From assembly GCA_026706025.1 (NCBI GenBank), contig JAPOZO010000052.1, positions 48,337 to 112,336 of the forward strand: a stretch of 64,000 nucleotides of DNA, written 5' to 3'. The position numbers and the translations under genes were made by a program. The notes under the pieces were generated by a model. That model ran no database searches. It saw only the letters and a program-made list of their open reading frames with translations, and had not been told where the DNA came from. Shown here piece by piece: positions 34,796-45,215 of the stretch. Within the stretch, counting starts at the first letter, position 1. Each line of letters begins with the position of its first letter. The stretch comes from Candidatus Poribacteria bacterium. Its GTDB lineage: Bacteria; Poribacteria; WGA-4E; WGA-3G.

Positions 34796-37153
34796 ATGCG
34801 TGATATCACTTGCAAAAGATGGTGGCTAAATTGGAAGTCATTTCTAATAGTCCTACCGCTTCTAAATTTAGCCACCGAAGCTTTTGCCCAAACAACTCCT
34901 CGTCCAGATGTACCGCCAGCATGGTGGATTGCCCCTATTGGTGCCCTCATCGCTTTGGGATTTGCTTACCACTTTTACCGTGCCGTGATGAAGCAAGACG
35001 AGGGCAATGAAACAATGCGAGACATAGCGCAATCCGTGCGCGAGGGCGCGATGGCATATCTCAGGCAACAATACAAAGTGGTAGGTATCGTCTTTGTTGT
35101 CCTTTGTCTGATCTTCATCTTCATGGCTTTCGTCCTCAAAGCCCAAAATGAAGTTATTCCCTTCGCTTTCCTCACAGGGGGTTTTTTCTCAGGCCTCTGC
35201 GGTTTCCTCGGCATGAAAACCGCGACCAACGCCTCTGCCCGCACCACAAGCGCGGCTATGCAAGGACTCAACGCCGGTTTGAAGGTCTCGTTCCGTGCCG
35301 GGGCGGTCATGGGATTGATAGTCGTCGGATTCGCACTGCTTGATATTACCGGATGGTTCCTCATTCTCTACTACCTCTTCCCCAAGATATTACCCGGATT
35401 CTTAGAAGTGAACCCGCTGCCCCAGATTACTGTGATTATGCTCAGTTTCGGTATGGGTGCTTCAACACAAGCCCTCTTCGCCCGCGTTGGTGGCGGTATC
35501 TATACAAAAGCAGCGGATGTCGGGGCAGACCTCGTCGGAAAAGTTGAAGCCGGAATTCCAGAGGATGACCCGCGCAATCCGGCTGTTATCGCAGATAATG
35601 TTGGGGACAACGTCGGTGATGTTGCAGGCATGGGGGCGGATCTCTACGAATCTTATGCGGGTTCAATTCTCGCGACCGCTGCCCTCGGTGTCGCTGCGGT
35701 TGCTGCGAAAGATCACGATAACCTTGTGGACCAGCTTAAATATCTCTCAGCACCGATGATTATCGCTGGCATCGGCGTGATCCTCTCTATTTTGGGTATC
35801 TACATGGTCCGAACAAAAGAGGGTGCGACCATGAAACAGTTGATGGGTTCCCTTAACTTCGGGATTAACGGTAGTGCTTTCGGCATCGCCATCTTGTCGC
35901 TCCCTGTGCTTATCTACCTCGATCTCCCGAACAAGTGGCAGGTGTGGGGCGCAATCATCGCTGGGCTTGTAGCAGGCTTGATTATCGGCAAAGTCACCGA
36001 AATCTTTACCTCTCACGATTACAAACCGACACGTGCAATCGCTAAGCAGGCGCAAACCGGCCCCGCAACTGTAATTATTGAAGGTATTGCTGTCGGTATG
36101 GAATCAACGGCGATTCCAGTCATAACGATTGTTGCTGCGGTCGCTGTCAGCTACTATCTTCCGGGTGGCGCAACCGAACCGCTGATGGGACTTTACGGTG
36201 TCGGTATCGCTGCTGTCGGTATGCTGGCGACGCTCGGTATAACCCTTGCCACAGATGCTTACGGACCCATCGCAGACAACGCCGGTGGGAACGCTGAAAT
36301 GGCAAAACTCGATGAAAGTGTCCGAGAACGCACGGATCAATTAGACGCGCTCGGGAATACGACCGCCGCAACCGGTAAGGGGTTTGCAATCGGTTCAGCC
36401 GCGCTAACAGCACTCGCACTCCTTGCCGCCTATTTGGAAGAAATCCGGTACGGTTTGATTCACCTGGCAGGTAAGGACACCCTGGATATCGAAGGCGAGG
36501 GCACGGTTGAGACGTTGAAGGTTAGCGTCAGCCAATTTATGGATTACTACGATGTCACGCTGATGAACCCGCAAGTGCTCATCGGATTGTTCATCGGGGC
36601 AGTGATGGCGTTTTATTTTTGTGCATTGACGATGAAAGCCGTCGGACGTGCCGCCGGTGCTATGGTGGCAGAAGTCCGTCGCCAGTTTCGTGAAAAACCG
36701 GGCATTATGAAAGGCGAAGAGAAACCGGATTACGCACGGTGTGTTGAAATCTCTACCGTTGGCGCGCAACGGGAGATGATTTTCCCGTCGCTTATCGCTA
36801 TCGTTGTGCCTGTGCTTGTCGGCTTGATTTTTGATGTCGGTGGCGTGTTAGGATTGCTGGCGGGCGGCTTAGCAACCGGTTTCGTCCTCGCAATTATGAT
36901 GGCAAATGCCGGAGGCGCGTGGGACAACGCCAAAAAGTTTATTGAAGAGGGTAGACACAAGGACGAATATGGTGAAAAAGGCTCCGACGAGCACAAAGCG
37001 ACTATTGTCGGTGATACCGTCGGAGACCCCTTCAAAGATACTTCCGGGCCCTCGCTTAACATCCTAATTAAGTTGATGTCTATGGTGTCTGTCGTGTTTG
37101 CCGGACTCATAGCGAAATACGGTGGTGTGCTTAGCAGTTGGCTCGGTATATAG
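34796..37153 (+). CDS. hppA: Membrane-bound proton-translocating pyrophosphatase
   Basis: Signature GGIYTKAADVGADLVGKVE and DNVGDNVGDVAGMGADL motifs. About 16 TM helices. Confidence 0.9.
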   Translation: MRDITCKRWWLNWKSFLIVLPLLNLATEAFAQTTPRPDVPPAWWIAPIGALIALGFAYHFYRAVMKQDEGNETMRDIAQSVREGAMAYLRQQYKVVGIVFVVLCLIFIFMAFVLKAQNEVIPFAFLTGGFFSGLCGFLGMKTATNASARTTSAAMQGLNAGLKVSFRAGAVMGLIVVGFALLDITGWFLILYYLFPKILPGFLEVNPLPQITVIMLSFGMGASTQALFARVGGGIYTKAADVGADLVGKVEAGIPEDDPRNPAVIADNVGDNVGDVAGMGADLYESYAGSILATAALGVAAVAAKDHDNLVDQLKYLSAPMIIAGIGVILSILGIYMVRTKEGATMKQLMGSLNFGINGSAFGIAILSLPVLIYLDLPNKWQVWGAIIAGLVAGLIIGKVTEIFTSHDYKPTRAIAKQAQTGPATVIIEGIAVGMESTAIPVITIVAAVAVSYYLPGGATEPLMGLYGVGIAAVGMLATLGITLATDAYGPIADNAGGNAEMAKLDESVRERTDQLDALGNTTAATGKGFAIGSAALTALALLAAYLEEIRYGLIHLAGKDTLDIEGEGTVETLKVSVSQFMDYYDVTLMNPQVLIGLFIGAVMAFYFCALTMKAVGRAAGAMVAEVRRQFREKPGIMKGEEKPDYARCVEISTVGAQREMIFPSLIAIVVPVLVGLIFDVGGVLGLLAGGLATGFVLAIMMANAGGAWDNAKKFIEEGRHKDEYGEKGSDEHKATIVGDTVGDPFKDTSGPSLNILIKLMSMVSVVFAGLIAKYGGVLSSWLGI

Positions 37154-37197
37154 CCGCGCAACTATTAAGGACTTGGTGCATCAAAATGGACGTAAAC

Positions 37198-37713
37198 ATG
37201 AAACCAAAAAACGTCATTGTATATACCTTGAGTATATTTGTCTTCTGCATAGGGTGTCAGCAGTTAAATGACCAGATGAAGACGGGCTCCGATGATGCCG
37301 TATCTGTTTCTGTAGATGACGTTAATCCAGACGAAATATTCTATACAGGGACTGTTTTCGTTGGTGATGCAGGAGATAGGTTCGGAACCGACGCATATAC
37401 CTTAAATTCTGCTACTATCACAGGTGATACGCTAAATATCAGTGTATCCTACAGTGGTGGGTGCCAAGAACATCAATTGACACTTGTTGTTTCGGATGCA
37501 TTCCTTGAATCGTTCCCGGTTCAACTCCATGTTTCCCTTGCACACAATGCTAACGAGGATGCATGCGAAGCATGGCTAACTGATAACTATCACTTCGATC
37601 TTACGCCTATCAAAACCATGTATCAGGAAGCTTACCAACAGGAAGCAGGCACGATCGTTTTACGCCTCAAAGACGCGCCAGACGGAGAACTTATTTACGA
37701 ATTTACCATGTAG
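37198..37713 (+). CDS. Small lipoprotein, unknown function
   Basis: [22 protein letters not shown] signal with lipobox. The earlier ATG at 37138 overlaps the hppA end and is less likely to be the start. Confidence 0.45.
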   Translation: MKPKNVIVYTLSIFVFCIGCQQLNDQMKTGSDDAVSVSVDDVNPDEIFYTGTVFVGDAGDRFGTDAYTLNSATITGDTLNISVSYSGGCQEHQLTLVVSDAFLESFPVQLHVSLAHNANEDACEAWLTDNYHFDLTPIKTMYQEAYQQEAGTIVLRLKDAPDGELIYEFTM

Positions 37714-37801
37714 TTGCTATTTTTATTTTCGGCGTTGTAGGGAAACGGATTCCCTTGTCGCCACCTTCCGCTTGTTGCTAATTTGTAGGAGAATAAAAGA
37801 A

Positions 37802-39481
37802 ATGTCCAATAAATTGAAACCCCGAAGTTATGCGATTACCGATGGACCTGACCGCGCCGCCGCTCGGACAATGCTCATGTTCGGCGATGGCGGGCTTTCA
37901 CCTGAAGACCTTGACAAACCGATTATCGGGGTTGCCAATACGTGGATCGAGATCGGTCCTTGTAACTTCCACCTAAGAAGACTTGCCGCTAAAGTTAAAG
38001 AAGGCATCCGCGCCGCAGGTGGCACACCGCTTGAATTCAATACCGTTAGCATCTCTGATGGCATCACCATGGGCACCGAAGGTATGAAAACCTCGCTGAT
38101 TAGCCGAGAGATCATCGCTGATTCGATCGAGTTGGTCTCCATCGGCAACATGTTTGATGCTGTCGTCGCACTCTGTGGCTGCGATAAGACCGTTCCGGGT
38201 ACCGTCATGGCACTGGCGCGGTTAGACATCCCATCTCTTACGCTTTACGGCGGTTCGATTATGCCGGGCAACTTTCAAGGACGCGATGTCACGATCCAAG
38301 ATGTATTTGAAGCGGTCGGACAGCACGCTGAAGGCACAATAACCGTTGAAGAACTTGACGACCTGATTAGCAAAGGGTGTCCCGGTCCCGGGGCATGCGG
38401 CGGACAGTTTACTGCCAATACCATGGCAACAGCCGTTGAAATGTTAGGCATCGCGCCGATGGGAAGTGGGAGTGTCCCCGCTGTCGTAGAAGAAAAGGAC
38501 AACGAGGCATACAAAGCCGGACAACTCGTCATGGACATGCTCGCCGCTGACCGACGACCGAGTCAAATTATTACCCGTAAGTCGCTTGAGAATGCAATTA
38601 CTTCTGTCGCCGCGACCGGTGGTTCTACCAACGGCGTTCTACATCTCCTTGCTATCGCACACGAAGCGCAGGTCCCGATAACAATTGAAGATTTCCACAC
38701 CATTAGTCAAAGAACGCCCGTATTAGCAGACCTTAAACCGGGCGGGCAGTTTGTCGCCAACGATCTCTATGAAGCCGGGGGCATCCCGTTCTTAGCAAAA
38801 CGCATGGCAGAGGCAGGTCTACTCCATACCGACGAACTCACTGTCACAGGTCAAACCATCGGTCAGGAGGCAGGCGCAGCCACTGAAACCGACGGACAAC
38901 AGGTCGTCAGATCCGTGGATGCCCCGCTCAAACCGACCGGTGGCTTTGCCATTTTGAGAGGTAATCTCGCACCAGATGGGTGTGTTATCAAGTTAGCCGG
39001 ACAAGACAAAACCCTTCACCGTGGTCCCGCACGTATCTTTGAACGTGAAGAGGATACCTTCGCTGCCATTAAAGGCGGAGAGATCAAACCCGGTGATGTT
39101 GTCGTTATCCGTTATGAAGGACCCACCGGTGGTCCTGGCATGCGTGAGATGTTAGGCGTAACTGCAGCACTCGTTGGTGCCGGTTTGAGTGAAGATGTCG
39201 CACTTTTAACCGACGGTAGATTCTCCGGCGCGACGCACGGTTTCATGATCTGCCATGTCGCTCCTGAAGCAGCGAAAGGCGGTCCCATTGCCATCCTCCA
39301 AGAAAGCGACGAAATCGTCATTGACGCAAAGGAAAGACGACTCGACGTTCAACTCTCCGACGCTGAAATCCAAGCACGCTTTGAGGAATGGACACCCCCT
39401 GAACCGCGTTATGCCCGTGGGGTCATGGCGAAATATGCGAACTCTGTATCTTCTGCCTCCGAAGGTGCTGTGACTGGATAA
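37802..39481 (+). CDS. ilvD: Dihydroxy-acid dehydratase
   Basis: IlvD/EDD family (CDKxxP, SGGxxGxxHL-type motifs CGCDKTVPG). Start taken at MSNKLKPRS with AGGAG SD. Confidence 0.9.
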   Translation: MSNKLKPRSYAITDGPDRAAARTMLMFGDGGLSPEDLDKPIIGVANTWIEIGPCNFHLRRLAAKVKEGIRAAGGTPLEFNTVSISDGITMGTEGMKTSLISREIIADSIELVSIGNMFDAVVALCGCDKTVPGTVMALARLDIPSLTLYGGSIMPGNFQGRDVTIQDVFEAVGQHAEGTITVEELDDLISKGCPGPGACGGQFTANTMATAVEMLGIAPMGSGSVPAVVEEKDNEAYKAGQLVMDMLAADRRPSQIITRKSLENAITSVAATGGSTNGVLHLLAIAHEAQVPITIEDFHTISQRTPVLADLKPGGQFVANDLYEAGGIPFLAKRMAEAGLLHTDELTVTGQTIGQEAGAATETDGQQVVRSVDAPLKPTGGFAILRGNLAPDGCVIKLAGQDKTLHRGPARIFEREEDTFAAIKGGEIKPGDVVVIRYEGPTGGPGMREMLGVTAALVGAGLSEDVALLTDGRFSGATHGFMICHVAPEAAKGGPIAILQESDEIVIDAKERRLDVQLSDAEIQARFEEWTPPEPRYARGVMAKYANSVSSASEGAVTG

Positions 39482-39505
39482 AGCCCTTTTCCATTTCTAC
39501 TTGTA

Positions 39506-39537
39506 GGGCAGGCCCGAGTGCCTGCCTCTTTTCTTTT
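39506..39537 (+). terminator. Rho-independent terminator
   Basis: GGCAGG-cccgagtg-CCTGCC stem followed by TCTTTTCTTTT. Confidence 0.7.
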
Positions 39538-39642
39538 AGTCAGGTATGTACAGTTAACCTTGTCTTCTCTGACAATTGAATGCTTCTGATCGAATTGGAA
39601 AAAACCTTGTAAAACCCCTCCTAATTTGTTAGACTATATCCC

Positions 39643-40041
39643 ATGAATAAACAAAAACCAATCATCCTCAACGAAGCAGAACTCGACTGGGAAACTTGGG
39701 ACGATCCGGAACTCGCTGCCAGAAGTCCAGTCCGATGGAAAATCCTTATATCGGGTGAACGCGGGCCCAGCAGTCAACTCTCTACTGGCATAGCAGAGAT
39801 GACACCGGGGACCCTGCTGCCGCTCCATCACCATGCTCCTGCAGAGACATACTATGTCATCAGCGGTCACGGGTATGTCACGGTGGACGATCGTGAGGCA
39901 TCACTTGGGCCCGGGGCATCAGTCTTTATACCCGCTAATGCAAAGCACTCACTCCGTTGTACCGGGACTGAGAATTTAGTTTTCTTGTTCACCTTCGCAG
40001 CGGACCGGTTCGATGAAATCGTCTACCATTTCGATGCGTAG
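39643..40041 (+). CDS. Cupin-domain protein
   Basis: PLHHHAPAETYYVISGHG matches the cupin motif 1 and ASVFIPANAKHSL the motif 2. Confidence 0.6.
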   Translation: MNKQKPIILNEAELDWETWDDPELAARSPVRWKILISGERGPSSQLSTGIAEMTPGTLLPLHHHAPAETYYVISGHGYVTVDDREASLGPGASVFIPANAKHSLRCTGTENLVFLFTFAADRFDEIVYHFDA

Positions 40042-40089
40042 TGCTCACTTGCCGGCGGTTTGGAAACGCCACTAAGGTAAATTATTGAA

Positions 40090-41079
40090 ATGTCAACGTT
40101 AAAAACAACAGACGCTACACCTATCACTTCCAATGCGGATGCCAGTCTAATAGACATCGGCGATGGTGTTGTTCAACTTGAACTGCATGGAAAACTGAAC
40201 ATCATAACGGATGGAATGCTGGAGATGTTCGATGCCGCGTTGGACGAGGTGGAAACCAATTACGCAGGCATGATTATCGCCACAGAGGCGAAGCATTTTT
40301 CGGTCGGACTCAACCTAATTCTCCTGCTGGAGCGTGCGAAGAACCAAGACTGGGACGCGATTTCGGGAACACTCCGCAAACTGCAAACCGTCTGCACCAG
40401 ACTCCGGACGGCATCAAAGCCGGTTGTAGCCGCAACAGCGGGTATGGCACTCGGTGGTGGCTGTGAGATCGCTTTCGGTGCGGATGCCGTACAAGCTTTC
40501 ACTGAAAGTTCGCTTGGTCTCGTTGAACTCCGTGTCGGACTTATTCCGGCTGGCGGTGGCACTAAGGAGATGGCACTTCGATGCTTAGAGGGGCAAACGC
40601 TGCCCGCCCCGATTCAGGACCTGTTCCCGTCCGTTAATAAGGCTTTTGATATAATCCGCGAATCTACCGTTTCACAAAACGCTGCAGATGCGGTCGAACT
40701 CGGTTATCTCCGTCACAGGGATGCTATCTCATCAAACCAAGAGACACACCTTGACGATGCTAAGCTACTCGTTCTCTCAATGCACGAAGCCGGGTATTCT
40801 CCCCCTGAGCCGCAACAAATATTTGTCCTTGGTGAAGAAGGGATTGCTCGGCTCAACCTGCAAACACACCTACTTCGACAAGCGGACACTATCGACGATT
40901 ATACGCAGCACCTCGCCAATCAATTGGCTTATGTACTCTGTGGAGGTGAACTGTCAACCCCTCAGTTTGTCTCCGAACAATATCTGCTCGATTTGGAGCA
41001 TGAGGTGTTCCTCAGTCTTTGTGGAGAACAAGAAACGCACGCAAGGATAGAAGCAACGCTCCAGAGAGGTAAGAAGTAA
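40090..41079 (+). CDS. Enoyl-CoA hydratase/isomerase (crotonase) family protein
   Basis: Crotonase fold with oxyanion-hole segment ATAGMALGGGCEIAF. Translationally coupled to the downstream thiolase. Confidence 0.6.
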   Translation: MSTLKTTDATPITSNADASLIDIGDGVVQLELHGKLNIITDGMLEMFDAALDEVETNYAGMIIATEAKHFSVGLNLILLLERAKNQDWDAISGTLRKLQTVCTRLRTASKPVVAATAGMALGGGCEIAFGADAVQAFTESSLGLVELRVGLIPAGGGTKEMALRCLEGQTLPAPIQDLFPSVNKAFDIIRESTVSQNAADAVELGYLRHRDAISSNQETHLDDAKLLVLSMHEAGYSPPEPQQIFVLGEEGIARLNLQTHLLRQADTIDDYTQHLANQLAYVLCGGELSTPQFVSEQYLLDLEHEVFLSLCGEQETHARIEATLQRGKK

Positions 41080-42266
41080 TGCAAACGACACCGAGCGTAG
41101 TTATCGTATCCGCTGTGCGCACAGCCGTAGGAAGGGCCGGAAGGGGCAGACTGAAAAACACGCGTCCAGACGAACTCGCCGCTGCGGCGCTCCGTGGTGC
41201 GGTGGAAAGACTTCCGCAGCTTGCACTTGATACCGTAGACGATGTTATCATCGGTTGCGCTACACATGAGGGCCCCCAGAGTTACAATGTTGCGCGTATT
41301 GCCAGTTTACGAGCAGGATTTCCGGTCTCCGTCCCTGCCATTACGATCAACCGTTTCTGCGCCTCCGGTTTAGAAACGATAGCGATGGGTGCCGAGCAGA
41401 TTCTATCTGGACGGGCGGAGGTAGTCATTGCTGGCGGTGTCGAGAGCATGAGTCGAGTCCCGTTCGGTGTCGACCTCTCCCCGAACCCAGTGCTCATAGC
41501 ACACGCACCCGATACCTATCTCAGCATGGGATTGACTGCCGAAAACTTGACGCGGAAATATGGTATATCTCGCGCCGCGCAAGATGCCTATGCATATCAG
41601 AGCCATCGCAAGGCAATCGCAGCAATTGATGCAGGTAAATTTCGCAAAGAAATCGTGCCGTTGACGATAGAAGAGATGCACTTCAATTCAGAAGACGCGC
41701 CTGAAACCGTTAGCACTGTCTTTGATACAGATGAAGGACCGCGCCGTGATACTTCACCAGAGGCACTGGGATCTCTCAAACCTGTTTTTCACGTAGACGG
41801 GACAGTGACGGCTGGCAACGCTTCGCAAATGAGCGACGCTGCCGCCGCTGTCGTCCTGATGTCCGAAACGCGAGCAAAAGCAGAGGGTTACGACCCATTG
41901 GCACATTTTGTCAGTTACGCCACAGCCGGTGTGCCACCTGAAATTATGGGCATCGGACCGGTGCCTGCAATTCCTAAAGCACTCGCGTCCGCAGGGTTAA
42001 CTTTAGCCGATATAGATGTCATAGAACTCAACGAAGCGTTTGCCGTGCAAGCCCTTGCTGTCCTTCAAGAGGCGCAGTTACCAACCAACAAGGTGAACGT
42101 CAACGGTGGTGCAGTTGCCCTCGGACATCCGCTCGGTTGTACAGGCACAAAACTCACTGTGAGCCTGCTTAATGAGATGCGTAGGCAAAATCACGAATAC
42201 GGTATGGTAACGATGTGTGTTGGTGGGGGCATGGGTGCCGCCGGTATTTTTTTAAACCCGACGTAG
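41079..42266 (+). CDS. Acetyl-CoA C-acyltransferase (thiolase)
   Basis: Thiolase signatures: N-terminal active-site Cys region NRFCASGLE and C-terminal GHPLGCTG...CVGGGMG. Its ATG shares a nucleotide with the upstream TAA. Confidence 0.9.
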   Translation: MQTTPSVVIVSAVRTAVGRAGRGRLKNTRPDELAAAALRGAVERLPQLALDTVDDVIIGCATHEGPQSYNVARIASLRAGFPVSVPAITINRFCASGLETIAMGAEQILSGRAEVVIAGGVESMSRVPFGVDLSPNPVLIAHAPDTYLSMGLTAENLTRKYGISRAAQDAYAYQSHRKAIAAIDAGKFRKEIVPLTIEEMHFNSEDAPETVSTVFDTDEGPRRDTSPEALGSLKPVFHVDGTVTAGNASQMSDAAAAVVLMSETRAKAEGYDPLAHFVSYATAGVPPEIMGIGPVPAIPKALASAGLTLADIDVIELNEAFAVQALAVLQEAQLPTNKVNVNGGAVALGHPLGCTGTKLTVSLLNEMRRQNHEYGMVTMCVGGGMGAAGIFLNPT

Positions 42267-42327
42267 GAAAAAGGAGGCGGCGTCCCTCCGCTTCCGCCAC
42301 ACCTACGAAGTTTTAATGCGCGCATAG

Positions 42328-42442
42328 CCCGTAATGAAGCAGATCGCTTATGGGCGAGTACGCCGCAAAATGGAGGGCGGATAGAGGGAGAAGAACGTCA
42401 AAGGTCAAACCCACTTCAACGAACCGCAAGGAAAATTAAAAA
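42328..42442 (+). promoter_or_regulatory. Conserved leader motif (family C) upstream of the lactonase gene
   Basis: Same three blocks as 34642-34775, ending 1 nt before the ATG. Confidence 0.55.
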
Positions 42443-42443
42443 T

Positions 42444-43460
42444 ATGCAAACGCACGTCTATCTCTCCATAGCTGGAGAAAACAGAATCGCCATTTATACA
42501 TTCGACGTATCTAATGGTGACATCGAACTTCAGGAAAATATCAACGTCACGGGTTCTCCAGGTCCCTTAGCACTTTCACCGTGCGGTCATTACCTATATG
42601 CCGGGCTGCGGTCGAGTCGTGAAATCGCCAGTTTCCGCATTGATGAAGAGACGAAACACCTCTCACATTTGCGGACAATCCAACTCGACGCGGACACGTG
42701 TTATATCGCAACAGATAAAACTGGGAGTTTCTTGCTCTCCGCCTATTACGGTGCTGGCAAGGTTACCGTGCATGCCATCGGTGAGGACAAAACCGTCCAA
42801 GGTGAAACACTTCAGACGGTCGAAACCGATATACACGCCCACTGCGTCGAGACCGATGCCTCGAACCGATACGCTTTCGTACCGCACACTGTCCCGCGGA
42901 ACGCTATTTATCAGTTTCATTTCGATGAAAAGACAGGCACGCTCACACAGAATATTGTAGGGAATCTCAATCCGGGTGCACCGATCGGCCCCCGTCACTT
43001 CTGTTTCCATCCGAGTAAACCGATCCTCTATTTCTCAAACGAAAATGGGTCGAGTGTTTCGGCGTACACACTTCAAGAAGGCGGAGACCACCCCGGAATC
43101 TTAGTAGACCTCCAAGAAGACCTCTCTACGCTTCCAGCAGATTTTGAGGCGGACAACACCTGCGCGCAAATTCACATTGATCCACAAGGGCGATTTCTCT
43201 ATGTCTCCAATCGCGGACATGATAGCATCGCTGGGTTTAGTGTTAACGAAGAGAATGGGAAGCTCACTGCTATTGGACAGCAGTTAACTGAACCGATACC
43301 CCGTGTCTTCAACATTGATGGGACCGGCAATTTCCTTTTTGCCGGGGGGCAAGGCTCTGGCAGACTTGCGACCTATCGTATCAATCGGCAGAGTGGTGAA
43401 TTATCGCCGCTGGCTACCTATGAGGTTGGTGAAAGCCCAATGTGGGTGCTTTTTATCTAA
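42444..43460 (+). CDS. Lactonase, 7-bladed beta-propeller family (6-phosphogluconolactonase-like)
   Basis: Repeated blade pattern and length are typical of the PF10282 family. Confidence 0.55.
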   Translation: MQTHVYLSIAGENRIAIYTFDVSNGDIELQENINVTGSPGPLALSPCGHYLYAGLRSSREIASFRIDEETKHLSHLRTIQLDADTCYIATDKTGSFLLSAYYGAGKVTVHAIGEDKTVQGETLQTVETDIHAHCVETDASNRYAFVPHTVPRNAIYQFHFDEKTGTLTQNIVGNLNPGAPIGPRHFCFHPSKPILYFSNENGSSVSAYTLQEGGDHPGILVDLQEDLSTLPADFEADNTCAQIHIDPQGRFLYVSNRGHDSIAGFSVNEENGKLTAIGQQLTEPIPRVFNIDGTGNFLFAGGQGSGRLATYRINRQSGELSPLATYEVGESPMWVLFI

Positions 43461-43469
43461 AGGAAAAAA

Positions 43470-44087
43470 ATGGCACAGCGCGGGATTTTCATTACTTTTG
43501 AAGGCGTAGAAGGCGCAGGCAAGACCACACAAGTACGACGGTTGGCGACCGCCCTCGGTCCAGACGTTGTTGTCACCCGTGAACCCGGCGGCACGCCTGT
43601 CTCAGAGCGGATCCGAGATGTCTTTCTGACATCTGATAGAATAACAACGATGACAGAGTTGTTGTTGATCGCTGCCGCACGCGCACAACACGTAGATGAA
43701 CGCATACGTCCTGCATTGGCTTCAAATCAAATTGTTATCTGTGACAGATTTATTGATGCTACCGTAGCGTATCAAGGGTATCGTGGCGGTATCGATCTTG
43801 AGATTATCCATCAGTTAAATCATGTTGCTACGGGTGGCTTGATCCCAGATATTACCTTTATGCTTGACCTATCGCCGGAGATCGGTTTGCAACGTCAGCA
43901 ACAAGATGAGACGTACCGCGACCGTTTAGATAAAGAACCGTTAGAATTCCATCGTAGAGTCCGAGAAGGGTATCTGGCCACCGCAAAATCGGAGCCGCAT
44001 CGTGTCAAATTGATAGATGCGACACAGTCTCCTGATGCTGTCCATGCCCAAATCTTAACTGAATATCAAAAGTTCCTATCAAAGTAA
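43470..44087 (+). CDS. tmk: Thymidylate kinase
   Basis: FITFEGVEGAGKTTQ P-loop and DRF/LID region. Confidence 0.9.
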   Translation: MAQRGIFITFEGVEGAGKTTQVRRLATALGPDVVVTREPGGTPVSERIRDVFLTSDRITTMTELLLIAAARAQHVDERIRPALASNQIVICDRFIDATVAYQGYRGGIDLEIIHQLNHVATGGLIPDITFMLDLSPEIGLQRQQQDETYRDRLDKEPLEFHRRVREGYLATAKSEPHRVKLIDATQSPDAVHAQILTEYQKFLSK

Positions 44088-44106
44088 AACGACACTTAGA
44101 AGGAAA

Positions 44107-45063
44107 ATGCCAAATCCGATCATTGGACATCAACAGATTACCGAACAACTCCAGCATACTGTGGCATCGGATCGTATTGCTGGGGCATATCTTTTCGTCG
44201 GACCGACAGGTGTCGGAAAAGAGATGGTCGCACGTTATTTCGCGCAGATGATCTTCTGTCAGCAAGACACACAGCCTCCCACAATATGTGGCGCGTGTCT
44301 CGCTTGTCGGAAGGTGGATTCTGGAAATCATCCGGATCTACAGTTTATTCGACCTGACGGCAGTCTACTGAAAATTGGACAAATTCGGGAGTTGCAAAAA
44401 CAAATTATCTACGAGCCTCTTGAAGCGAGTCGGAAGGTCTACATCTTGACGGATGTCGAGCGGATGAACGCGGAGGCAGAGAACTGTTTACTCAAGACGC
44501 TTGAGGCACCCCCCGCATCCTCCGTTTTAATCCTACTCACATCAAATATACGAGCGTTACTGCCAACCACACGTTCCCGATGCCAGATTCTACAATTCCA
44601 CCCAATGCCGACACAGGAATTAGCCGCGATCTTGGTGGAAAGATTTTCAGTAGCACCCGAGCAAGCAACAACACTCGCTATTACTGCGGATGGTGCGATT
44701 GGAAAGGCACTCACGCGACTTGAAAAAGGCGACGTATTCACAGAAGAAGTCCCCGAAATCCTCAAGACAACAGATCGATTAGCGGCTTTCAGACTCGCCG
44801 AGCACTTCAAAGATAATCCTGAAACTTTAGGCGAGTTAGTCACATGGTATCGCGACCTGCTCTTTTTACAACAAGGCGCGCCCAGCGACCTCATAACACA
44901 CATCCACTCCCTTGAGGAACTCCAACGCATTGTCCCGCGATATTCCCGCTTACGCATACAACAAGCCATCCAAACGGTCTTTGACACCAAGTCCCTCATC
45001 GAAAACACAAACACAAATGCTACCTTGGCTTTAGAGGTAATGTGTTTGAAGTTACTCAGATAA
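44107..45063 (+). CDS. holB: DNA polymerase III delta-prime subunit
   Basis: AAA+ P-loop FVGPTGVGK and the zinc module CGACLACRKVDSGNHPD. Confidence 0.8.
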   Translation: MPNPIIGHQQITEQLQHTVASDRIAGAYLFVGPTGVGKEMVARYFAQMIFCQQDTQPPTICGACLACRKVDSGNHPDLQFIRPDGSLLKIGQIRELQKQIIYEPLEASRKVYILTDVERMNAEAENCLLKTLEAPPASSVLILLTSNIRALLPTTRSRCQILQFHPMPTQELAAILVERFSVAPEQATTLAITADGAIGKALTRLEKGDVFTEEVPEILKTTDRLAAFRLAEHFKDNPETLGELVTWYRDLLFLQQGAPSDLITHIHSLEELQRIVPRYSRLRIQQAIQTVFDTKSLIENTNTNATLALEVMCLKLLR

Positions 45064-45215
45064 GTGTTACCTTTCCTTTGATGACGAACCACCGACTGCT
45101 GACTGCCGATAGGAACCGATAGCCAAGAAACTGAGATTGACAAATGGGTTTCTTGGTGGTATAATTTTTAGCAATGAGTCAATGCTACCTGAACTGGAAT
45201 CTGAAAAGGAATACG

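Noticed and set aside
42271-42300. GGAGGCGGCGTCCCTCCGCTTCCGCC after the thiolase gene as a terminator
   Set aside because: It has only a short 5-bp GGAGG/CCTCC stem and no T-tract. It was left uncalled as too weak.
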